A stretch of 64,000 nucleotides of DNA from Octopus sinensis (Eukaryota): contig NC_043003.1 of assembly GCF_006345805.1 (NCBI RefSeq), positions 92,752,001 to 92,816,000 of the forward strand, read 5' to 3'. A program made the translations under genes and the position numbers. Positions 49,991 to 61,626 of the stretch are shown here, one piece after another. Numbering within the stretch: the stretch's first letter is position 1; each line of letters starts with the position of its first letter. Below the pieces are notes generated by a model that saw nothing but the letters and a program-made list of their open reading frames with translations, was not told the DNA's origin and did no database searches.

Positions 49991-52033
49991 AGAGGTGTAG
50001 AGAATATCACACAGGATTACTGTTGGCTAGAAGAATGTGTAGTGTTGAGAAAGATTGGAAACTCGCAGTGACATCTGTCTCAAGAGTTTAAACCCAGATA
50101 GTGACAGATATTAAGATGTCTGAAGTTAGTGGTTAGAATGTTTAACCCTTTCGTTACCAACCCGGCCAAAACTGGCTCTGGCTCTGTAGTACAAATGTCT
50201 TGTTTGCATAAGTTTTGCATTAAAATATACCACCAAACCTTAGTCGCAATTTATGTTCCTAACACTAGCTTAATGATAACTAAGTTATTTTATTAAATTC
50301 ATTGTTATATCTAAAATAATTGAATGAAACATAGAGCATCTCAAAATAAATACAGTAATGGAAGGGTTTTAAACTTCATTGATGGCCAGCCAGTAAGAAA
50401 ATATTATACAAATACATTAAAAAAAAATGTAAGGGACCAGAGAGAATGAGAATGAAGATCTTGATATCAGAAAAACCAAGTCTGGTACAAGAATCTGTTC
50501 ATTAAGATCTTGATTTTGGTTAAGAACTAGAATTTAATTAACATCATATTTTCCTGACTAAATATTCTGAAACATTTTGTATGCTAAACTTCAATCCATA
50601 AAATAACTGGACAAAGGAAGACAAAATACAAACATAGCATTTAACACATTCCACCAGTGTTTCTGTTTGTGGAAAAGAGCTAAATCAATCTAGGATTGAT
50701 GAGCTACATTGTTTTGTAACATTTTTCATATTAGTCCACAGAAGAAGCACCGTCTTCTTAAACGAATCAACTGTCTTGGTTCTACAGGAGATGAGGTATG
50801 AATAGTATTTACTTAAATATTTCATTTGATGCATTATAAGAAGCTGGTAATAAGTTGCACTATTATGCTAATCACTAAACTAAAGCTTTCTTTACCTGCA
50901 AGAGAGGGGAAGACACTAACTTATAAAAGTGTCCCATATTTCATTTTGTGGAAATTAGTGAATTAAATTGAATTTGCTTCGTCTTTCAAGCAAAGTTTTA
51001 AAGAATCTAAAATATTTTCTTTTCCAAAGTTTTCCCTGTTTTTGGAGAACAGAGTATGTTTATAACTGCTCAAGTTTATCAAAATAGTAATTTGGCAAAT
51101 TATGTTTTTTTTAACAGTTTATTCTGAAGAAAAGGGGTGAATATATGGCCTTTACATCTAAGAGTCCTTATAAGAACAAAATAGTTAATATTCTTGAACA
51201 TCAGGAAAAACATGAACAGAGAATGTATTTCAGATGACTGATGTCTGAGGAGAAAGGACAGGGTCAAATATATGGGCTGAATATGGATGACAGTAGGAAA
51301 GATAAGTGACTTGAGCCTTAGAGTACATCAGAGTTGACAAAGCATGGGTCAGATAGAGCCCCATTAGTATATGCCATGATGGTGTGATCTGGTAGGAAGC
51401 CTCCAGCTCAAGAGACAAAAGACAAATGATGCCCATATGCAGAGTTTGTCTTGGAGATTTACAAGCCAGTCATAGTTGAATTCTTTTCTGATGTAAAATA
51501 CAATTACAGTTTTCACCAAATTTCTGAAAAATGAGGAGGGCTCAATAGCAAGTGCCTCAGAAGAGCAGGTCACAGCAGGAGATATGGTTTTACTAAAGCT
51601 AAACTAGTGATTTTTAAAGAAGGAGCAGAATTCAAGGTGTCAGAGGTGTTACATCTACAGTGGATCTTTTGCCCATTATATTCCTGTCAAGTCTCCATTC
51701 ATTATCCTCTCTGTTACCCTCTTCCCTATTCCCAAATGCTGCCAGCATATTAAGGTTCTATCACTCCACATCTTTTTTACTATCCCTCTTACAAGTCTAC
51801 TTCTCTTAGCCATCACACACTGTCTCTCTCTCTCTCTACAACTAAGTGATTTTACATTGACATCCACCACTTTCATATACCATTGCTTATCTCTATCACT
51901 ATCTATTACTCCTCTTTACTGCTATCCCATCACACTGCTCATGCTGTGTTTATATTCAATCACCTGACCACCGACCAACATGCACTAATCACTGTCTACC
52001 GCATTACTCCTTCCCCTTACATCCCATCACCCT

Positions 52034-52342
52034 GTTTTTGTTGTTTGTTCCTTCTCGAGCCATGCCTGGCTCATAAGGGCCGGTTTCCTGGTTTCTTGGC
52101 GTATAGGTTCCCCACCTGGACGGCACGCCAGTCCATCGCAGGTGAGCTGCAAGATGCAGGGAGAAAAAGTGAGAGAAAGTTGTGGCGAAAGAGTCAGCAG
52201 AAGTTTCGCCATTACCTTCTGCCGGAGATGCGTGGAGCTTAGGTGTTTCGCTCATAAACATACACATCACCCGGTCTGAGATTCGAACCCGTGATCCCTC
52301 GACCGCGAGTCCGCTGCTCTAACCACTAGGCCATGTGCCTCC
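52034..52342 (-). mobile_element. tRNA-derived SINE family S4 with a well-preserved head
   Basis: GGAGGCACATGGCCTAGTGGTTAGAGCAGCGGACTCGCGGTCGAGGGATCACGGGTTCGAATCTC head and (AAC)n tail. Confidence 0.8.
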
Positions 52343-52639
52343 ATCACTCTGTTTAACACTCACTACTCTCTATTTGCTCTTTCCTGTCAAACCTTTGGGT
52401 TATATTTACTTTGAAACAGTACAGTGAACTGTTAGTGACACAATAAAATGCATCCAATACACTATGTAAAGTGATTGATGCTAGGAAATGTGTGTAGCTG
52501 TAAGAAAAAAAAATCCAAATGGAACATATGAGCAATATGTGGTATTCTGATGCACCTATGAGAGTAGTGACTCCAAAGAAAAAGTGAGTTGGATCATAAC
52601 AATCTGCTCAATTCATGCCAGCATGGAAAGCAAAGAAAA

Positions 52640-53800
52640 TGATGAGGTGACAATGAGAGAGGTAACTGTTTGTGACTGTCTCCAGGAAGAGGGAACAATA
52701 GATCAAAAGTTGGTGGAATCAAAGGAGGTCACTCTTTTTTGGGAAAGGAACATAATGTAGCCCTTTAAAGTGTTTGGAAATGATAAGGAACAGCTGTGGA
52801 ACACATTGTTTGAAGGCAATGGGGAAAACATTGTTACAGTTGGTGGCATTGTTGATTTGAAGTTTCCAAAGATTTGTTAGTGCTAGGTGTGTATGTACAC
52901 GTGGGGGAGCCTGGGGGAATGAAGAGAGAGAGTTTTGTAGGAAATTTACCCAGAGTGTGCTGTGTGGAAATAGATATAAGGCAAACAGCAAGTGTATAGG
53001 ATTTTTCTATGGAATGATGCCTACAGAATATGGTTGAGAAATGGAAGAAAGGAGAATTCCCAAAATGTCAGGAGAAATCCTTTTGGCAGGTGACCAAAAG
53101 AATCAAGTGCAGTTTGAGAAGCATAAGAGCTTGCAAGATATGATATCAAGGACAAATACATTATCTGCAGTAGAAGATTAAAGCTATCCACTCCAAGTGT
53201 TGTAGGTCATGTTTTTCATCTAAAATGCCACAGCATATGTATGTGTGAATCATTTATATTTTGGAATTGCGTGGGATGTGGAGAAATATGATTGATGGTT
53301 TCAGTCAACTACTTAGTTGTCTCTGATGTCAGAGATAGTTTATCATAGAATTGGTGGAGATCTGAACAGTTAGTGGACTTGAAGTACCATGAGATAAGGG
53401 AAGGGTGGTAGTCATAGTGTAGTATTTGTGCAGCGTGTAAATGAGATGGACAATGGTCACACTAAATGATAGATGCAGAGATGGAAACATTTTCCCTGAA
53501 TCTATGAATGGAGATGAGAAAGGGATCAGGGCTAACTGGAATATCTATATGTCAGTCAGGGGTGTGTGAAGAGATGACAAAATTAAATGGTGTAAAAAAT
53601 TAAGAATTGTGGAAGACCTCATTTTTGCACTAGCAGCATGTGTGGGATGAAATAAATGAGTGAAGAAGAGCTGTACTTATTGACATCACTGAGGTTGATG
53701 ACTTCAGTGAAGGGTGATGATATGACAACATAAAGTCAGAATAATCAATGATCAAGTATAGTAAGCAAATCAAAATTAACACAGAGCAATCAATATCTAG
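52640..53800 (-). mobile_element. Heavily decayed Penelope-like element (RT and GIY-YIG remnants)
   Basis: Purine-rich plus strand; minus strand shows remnants resembling TD.HKYL..HP..SIP and T.CNNVFPIAFKQC.QLF (FTC.S.NVIY.I.C..C..LY). Confidence 0.45.
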
Positions 53801-55699
53801 GATAACAAATAACTGTTGCAACATTGAAAACATACACATAGGGCCTATGTTTAATATGATAATACATTAAGTGAGAAAGTTAGGGGCTTTTTTCAGAGTT
53901 AAAGAAACTACTTAAAGGAATTCTATAGAAAAACATTTTGGTGTAGATTACTGAAGTAAAAAAAGAAAATGAAGTGCATGATTTGAGAGGATTTGGGATA
54001 AAGTTGTTGAGAATATTGGTATAATTCTCTTACATCAGCTTTTCCTTGCTGGCACCAGTCACAGTGTCCTGCTACTTATCACAGTCCTTTCTTATCTAGG
54101 ACACGCACTAACAATGGAAACTAGACATCTTTGTTGTAGTCAAGAGGTCATCATCACCAAGACAAGATTACAGCATCCCTCTTCTGTTTTATGTCAGCTG
54201 TGCTCCTGCTATTTTTTTTTATCTTGGTATGATTTTTATTAAACAGCTGGATGCCCTGCCTATCAAAGGGAAAAAAACTACTTTAGAATATTGTGAATTG
54301 GGTGCATTTCATCAAGCATCAGCACCAGAGAAGTTATCTGACAAGCACACCCTCTGTCTTCTGTCACCTCTATTTGTTCCTTCTCTGGCTGTGGTGATAA
54401 CAGCCAAAAGTGACAAACCAAAGAGGAGCCTCTATTTGGTTGTTTGACAAGCAACAAATAGAGCCCAAATCTCTTGCAAGTCACACCATATTGTTTTATA
54501 AAGGAAGGAGAGATCATCATCATTGTTTTAATGCTCATTTTTGTATGCTTGCATGGATCAGATAGAACTGGGTGAGGTAAATTTTCTATAGCTGGATGCT
54601 CTTCCTATCACCAAACCTCACCTGTTTCCAAGCAATGCAATACTTCCACTTGGTTGGACATGATTTTACAGAAGACCAGAAATGAAGATCACTACTTGTA
54701 TGACAGTGATACACACACTTTACAACTACCATATGATAGCAAAGGGATACAAACATGCACACTCACCCATACACATACAAGCACCCTACCCCATGTATAC
54801 ACACACGATTTTTTTTTTATTTCAGTTTCCAGCAACCAAATCCACCAACATGGATTGCCCAAGATGCCATAGTGGAACTGAACCAAAAGAACCATACAGT
54901 TGGGAAGTGAACTTCTTAATCAGACAGCCTTGCCTATGTTTGGAAAAAATAAAAAGTGTATGGTGACAGGAGTCATTGATTATGGATTTGGTCTGACTTA
55001 TGGACTAATCTTAAGCAATTCAAGGGACAGAAAAAAAAAAGCTTCAGTTCAATGGTAGTACAAAATTGAGAACATGTATTTTTTGTTCATTTTTCATCAA
55101 GATATATGGCTTAGGAAGGAAGTGACTGCAGACAACATTTAAAAAAAAATAACAACCAATATTCCACAATAGTTTCTGTTTCGTATGTAAATATCAACAG
55201 ATTACAGCTAGAGTATATGACAGTTTTGTAAAATAACAAAAAACCTCTGATAAGAATATGGTTTCAAAGAAAGATCACTAGAATGTATTACAAACCTTAT
55301 TATTAGTCAATATGCAACATTTAAAAAATTGGTTAACCAGTTTTGAATTTGCATCTATCCCTTTCCTGAACAGTTGATTTAATCAACTGGTAGAGGTGGA
55401 TGATAATGTTTATTAGTCATATTTTCCACAAGCTGTGGAAAGCCGAAGAGGAGACTTATAATTTACATTATTGAGAAGAATTTGAAACGAGAAAATTCAA
55501 AAATGCAATGCTTTGGTAGCATCTTAAAATGTTAGTAGGGATTTTTTAAATTGACAAAAGATCACAAACTATGGTGACAGTATAATTTATACTAATGTTA
55601 TGGACCCAAGAAGGATGAAAAGGTAACGTAGACTTGGATTTGAACTTAGAACATAAAATAAGGCACTAAATACCAGTTCAGAAAATCAACTACTTTATA

Positions 55700-57650
55700 T
55701 TAATAACAAATTTAGTGAGCTAATCGCGTTACAAGTTTCGATTTTCAGTAATTCCTTATATCTCGCAGAACACACAAACAATTTTTATTTTTAGATGAAA
55801 AAGTGGCACAAATCTTTTAACCTGAATTTTAAAAAATATCCATTCAAAATGAATTATTTTGCCTTAATAAAAATGCAAAAACCTTCCAAAATAACAAACA
55901 AAACGTTTAGTAAAAATGAAAAGAAATATTGAAGAATATTCTCGTACATTTAAAAATCTATATACAAAAAATACATCGCGAAATATTGTTTTTCTTTACT
56001 AATAAGATATTATTATCAGAATAATTTTCAAGTAAGCAATAAATGTTATACATTTGAAGACAGCTAAAACATAAATATTAATTACCGTCCGTTATTAATA
56101 AGCTTATCTCCTAGAATGATTAAATACATCATCTGAATCAAAACAGTTGGGTCAGAAATATTATCAGAGATTATCAACACCCATGTAAACTTCGACGTTC
56201 TCGTTTGACGATGATCTTTCAAATGAATTTTAAGCTGGATTACAAATTCCTGAAGTCGAATAAACGATAGACTCCCGATAAACAGTTCGAATCTCATTTT
56301 CAATTCTCATTTTACTTGAAATACATCAGAAATATTCCTAAAAGGGAACGAACATCAAAACATTGCAATTTATATTCTCCTTCTATAAAGGCGAGGCCTT
56401 GTGCCTTTGCAAGAAATCAATATTCTGACCCAACAGGTCATCTTACCTTTACATCGACGAGAGAATCGGGAGTGTCATTTTTTTTTATTGCAATTCAACA
56501 AATATCTTGCCGTTTTCAAAAACAATTAAAAAAATTATATATCAAATATAATGTACAGAAGATGGTCAGATATAATTGGCTATTTTAATATCCATGATAA
56601 AATGGTAAGACATCGGAACGACACTAAATTGATGCATTCGTAAGTAGTGTTTTAATGAGCTAAGCATGAGTAAGCATTACAACTGAGCTTAATAACAGTT
56701 ATCTACATGATTAATCATCGAAAGTATAGCGAGAAATGTTAGCTTTAATAACAAATAGATGAAATTTGGCCGATCAGAAAATATATACCTCTATATTTTC
56801 ATAACATCATAATCATATGCTTAAAACAGAATACGAACATAGAAAAAAAAAAGAGTGCGAACTTTTTTTCCCCTTATTTCGCTGTATCTTATTTCTCGAA
56901 GTCTATACTTAGTTTAAATATACATATATAATTTTTTTAACAGTTCTGAATTAATCATTAATCAATAAATTATTCAACTATATAAATTACATCAAGAAAA
57001 GGAAAGATACGTTGTGAATTCTATAATTTTAACCAAGAAATTAAACAGGCTAGATCTTTCTCGTTTAGATTGTTCACTGATATCTTTGTTAATCAACAAT
57101 ATTTCTTCCCCCACTTCTGTTATGAATATAATGTAGCTATAATGTAATGGACATTTGAAAAATAGAAGTTAAAAGGAAGACGAATTAGTAAGCCATTATG
57201 ATGTTTGTGTATGTAGCTGAATGCGGTCACCATGCCAATAGCTGGTGGACACCTCTGTAATACTGAGGCAGCAAGAAATGTAAGACAATATTAACCAGCT
57301 TCAAGCAGCGTTATTTTAAGAGTAAAAAAAGGCTATAGCAAGGCAAAATAGTTATCTTACCTAGGATGAAAATATTAAAGGCTTGGAAAATAAAGAAGTC
57401 GGTCCTGGTCAAAATAATATTCGACCGACTTTTCGATCTTTATAGACAGAAATACCAGTGGATCGCCACAACATTAGCTGATAACAGCCACCTAGGTTGT
57501 GTGGAAATAGAGGAAGCATTGAGAGTTAACTCCCTTGCTTAACTGAACTCCCTTCGCTTCTCATCCCACCTCACCCCGCCTTCGCCCTTCTCTCAATAAA
57601 ACTCTCTATTCTTGACAGTTTGTGAGCCAAGTCTTGAGGAAGAAATTTGA
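55700..57650. promoter_or_regulatory. Probable promoter / 5' region of the kinesin gene, possibly bidirectional
   Basis: Unique sequence with visibly more CpG than the introns. Two strong minus-strand donors (AG|GTAAGA), with exon ends at 56447 and 57361. GC box CCCCGCC near 57575. Confidence 0.4.
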
Positions 57651-58281
57651 TACGATATACTTTGAACATCAGTTTTATTATGCTTCTTTTCTTACTTACC
57701 TCATCACTAGCGTTCTATATTTCTTTTATGCAAATTATAAAGTTTAAATCTAATTATATATATATGTATGAAAAAATAACAAAAAGAAAGAAAAATTTAG
57801 ATGCGTCTCTTACTGTTTGTTTCAAAAGTAATTTTTTTTTCTCAAGCACAACATTGATTGGTAAGACGTTCTCTTTGAAATATGATGAGGACGAAACTTT
57901 AACGGTGTGTATTTATTTACTGTTCTATCATGAGTCTGGCAGTAATATCAGAGAATGCAACATAGGAAAAGTAAATTACACACAGACACATAAAGTTAGT
58001 ATTTATCCTCACTGGAACGTGAATGTTCTTGTTAGAACAGACTATACTGTGGTAGATACCATGAGAGAAACTCTATACTGGCTTTTGGTGCTGAATGCAT
58101 TCATATTTATATCGCTAGTGAATAGTGAATTCGAAATTAATGTTCGAATTTCTAAAGAGGAAAGTGTGTCTATGTTCCCTCCACCGCTTTCAATATGCTT
58201 TAAATGAGTTGATAGTAGACGCATTTTATCTCCAGTTAGAAATAAAAGTTTGTGTGAGTAAGTTTGATAGGGGACAATTAA

Positions 58282-58753
58282 GGATCTTTTCGGTTTGAAC
58301 GGCAGTTTTTTCTAGTGGTGTCATATGAAATTGTCACCCATAATTATGACCCTAGTATCGATCTATTGCATTTCAATCTGTTTTAGGATTAGGGTTAGTT
58401 AGGGTTAGGGGTGGGGGGGAAGGGTATATTTTTTTCTTCACAAATGTAAATAAACCCAATTTGTTTCTTAAACGAGGGACAGGATCTTTTCGGTTTGAAC
58501 GGCAGTTTTTAACATAATTTCCAGGTAACTAAAAATTTTAAACTTCGTATACTGATAGAATGTGTTTATAAAACATCTTTTTCTCTTGGCTTTATTGAGA
58601 AAATTCTATAGTTTGTAAGATATTTGTTGTTTTTTTTCTTCAATTTCTGCAATTTCAACCAATCAATGACTTCTATTGAGGTAAAAAAAACATTCTGTGC
58701 CGTATGAGTATGTCCCTCGGGATCTTTTCGGTTTGAACGGCAGTTTTTTCTAG
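58282..58753. mobile_element. Rearranged copy of the GG-ended MITE: left half, inverted right half, then the left end again
   Basis: Three GGATCTTTTCGGTTTGAACGGCAG starts at 58282, 58482 and 58720; see findings. Confidence 0.9.
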
Positions 58754-59150
58754 AGTTTATCTATTAATTATAGTTATAGAATTTGCCACATTAAATATGG
58801 AAGCAGAGGTGAGAGAACGAAATTTTCTTAGAAGGTACAAACCCAGGTTCAAAATTTTTATTAACGAGGCTGATTTTTTTTCTGTCTTAATATCAAAACA
58901 AACACAGGAATCTCTTACTCTTTTACTCTTTTACTTGTTTCAGTCGTTTGACTGCGGCCATGCTGGAGCACCGCCTTTTAATCAAGTAAATCGATCCCAG
59001 GACTTATTCTTTGTAAGCCTAGTACTTATTCTGTCGGTCTCTTTTGCCGAACCGCTAAGTGACGGGGACGTAAACATACCAGCATCGGTTGTCAAGCAAT
59101 GCTAGGGGGACAAACACAGACACATAAACACACACAGACACACAAACACA

Positions 59151-59189
<39 letters not shown>

Positions 59190-59793
59190 TATATATATAC
59201 ATATCTACGACAGGTTTCTTTCAGTTTCCGTCTACCAAATCCACTCACAAAGCATTGGTCGGCCCGGGGCTATAGTAGAAGACACTTGCTGCCCAAGATG
59301 CCACGCAGTGGGACTGAACCCGGAACCATGCGGTTGGTTAGCAAGCTACTTACCACACAGCCATATTTGTACATTAATCAAATCAGATAAATCCAATAAT
59401 GAAAAATTAATGTATCAAATCAATCCAAAAATGTTTATACGCTCGTTCGTTTTTTAGGAGGATGTTCAAAGCGTTTTCATTGCCCCACGGAAATTTTAGT
59501 GGGTGCGCTTGCACCCCACTTTCTGAGCTTATATATGGAAACACTAATTTCAATGACATAATATTTATATACATATACATATATTTTTTTCTTTCTGTTG
59601 TTTCAGTCATTAGACTGCGGCCATGCTGGGGCACCGCCTCGAAGAATTTTAATCAAATAAATCGACCTCAGTACATTTTTTTCTAAAGACTGGCACTTAT
59701 TCTGTCGGATCACTTTTGCCGAACAGCTAGGTTACGGGGATGTAAACATACCAACACTGGTTGTCAAGCGGTGATGGGGGACAAATGACACAT

Positions 59794-59852
<59 letters not shown>

Positions 59853-60072
59853 ACGAGCTTCTTTCAGTTTCCGTCTAACAAATCCGTTTACAAGGCTTTG
59901 GTTGGACTGAGATTATAGTGGAAGGCACTTGTCCCAGGTATCACGTATGGGACTGAACCCGGTACCATGTGGTTGGGAAGAAAACCTTTATACACACCCA
60001 TACCTGCGCTTATAGATGTGTGTATTGCGCGTGCGTGTGTGTATATATATACATATATATATATGTGTATTC

Positions 60073-60516
60073 GGATCTTTTCGGTTTGAACGGCAGTTTT
60101 TTCTAGCGGTGTCATATGAAATTGTCACCCATAATTATGACCCTAGTATCGATCTATTACATTTCAATCTGTTTTAGGGTTAGGGTTAGTTAAGGTTAGT
60201 CAGGGTTAGGGTTAGGTGTGGGGGGAAGGGTATCTTTTTTTTCTTCACAAATGTAAATAAACCCAATCTGTTTCTTAAACGAGGGACATATGCATACGGC
60301 ACATAATGTTTTCACCTCAATAGACGTCATAGATTGGTTGAAATTGCAGAAATTGAAGAAAAATAACAACAAATACCTTACAAACCATAGAGTTTTCTCA
60401 ATAAAGCCAAGACAAAAAGATGTTTTATAAACACATTCTACCAGTATACGAAGTTTAAAAGTGTTTAGTTACGTGGAAATTATTAAAAAAAACTGCCGGT
60501 CAAACCGAAAAGATCC
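60073..60516. mobile_element. Second intact copy of the GG-ended MITE, in opposite orientation
   Basis: Same TIRs and body; TSD gtgtattc/atgtattc; longer TTAGGG-like tract. Confidence 0.85.
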
Positions 60517-60583
60517 ATGTATTCATACTCACATTCATATACGTACATATGTAGATCGTACTTTCGATTCTCGTACGCGGATT

Positions 60584-61100
60584 TTTTCCCACGAGAGTTC
60601 CGGACCCCAGTAACGAACTCATTTGCATACAGCCAATCAGAGCTCACCTTGACCTTGCTGTCAAGCTAACAAACACACTACCAAGTAAACTGAAGACGAA
60701 GAACGGTGTTGTAAATCAACCGATCGTCAGGTTATGCCTGATTTTAGAAGGAGACTAGCAATAAGATAGGTTTGCATCTATGCCTATTATCGGATTTTGT
60801 TAGGGCTTCATATGGTAAAGATGTGGATGGGAAACATGTGGGCAGAGAGTGATGTGCTAGCAACCCTCTCCCCTTACTACTTTACAAAATAAACAACAAC
60901 ACAAATAACTACGCAGGGGCAGCCAAGGTTGAAACAGGAACAAGAACGACAAGCATTCTTAAAAGAGAAAAGAAGCATGGTCATTCCTTATCCAAGTGAC
61001 CTTATCACTTATACGCTCATAAATTAGTTTGGTAGTTGAGCTCTGATTGGTTATATGCAAATGAATTCATAACTGGGGTCCGGAACTATCGTGGAGAAAA
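60584..61100. mobile_element. MITE-like element with about 63-bp TIRs (unclassified)
   Basis: ttttcccacgagagttccggaccccagtaacgaactcatttgcatacagccaatcagagctca is inverted at 61037-61100. Confidence 0.75.
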
Positions 61101-61155
61101 TATATATATATATATATATCATATAAATGCATGAACATTTAAACACAAAAGAGGT

Positions 61156-61454
61156 ATCCAGAAGGATAGATATATCATTGAGAACAATAGATTTAGTTGG
61201 TGGTCTTCCTATCTTTATTCCAGCTTTTGGTGAAGCAGAAAAGGTTAGAAAGGGTCAAGTGGTGAAAACATTATTTCGGCCTAGCTAAAGGCATCTGGAA
61301 AATGTAAAACTGCTGTCAGAGGAAAACCATTGTTCCACCATGGGAACAGTTCTGCTAGTTTAAATTTGGCCATGGTGGATCGAATCCACTTCATGCATGC
61401 AAGATTCACTACATATATATATATATATTATATATATATATATATAATATATAT

Positions 61455-61497
<43 letters not shown>

Positions 61498-61626
61498 CTA
61501 GGCCGAAATAATACTTTCACTTCTTGACCCTTTCTAACCTCTTCTACTTCACCAAAAGCTAGAATAAAGATAAGAAGACCACCAACTAAATCTATTGTTC
61601 TCAATGATATATCTATCCTTCTGGAT
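61156..61626. repeat. Fold-back element with 131-bp inverted arms and an AT-microsatellite spacer
   Basis: 61156-61286 is the reverse complement of 61496-61626 with few mismatches; flanked by ggt/ggt. Confidence 0.85.

Noticed and set aside
52270-52342. tRNA gene
   Set aside because: The tRNA-like head lacks a proper acceptor stem and runs into a SINE body and tail; the same applies to the other A/B-box heads
57647-58207. 186-aa ORF, the longest in the track, as a single-exon gene
   Set aside because: The N-terminal 138 aa are AT-rich, low-complexity translation crossing apparent splice signals; only the last 48 codons are kept as a weak candidate
58383-58412. True telomere or chromosome-fusion scar
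   Set aside because: Only a few TTAGGG units, at the same position inside each MITE copy
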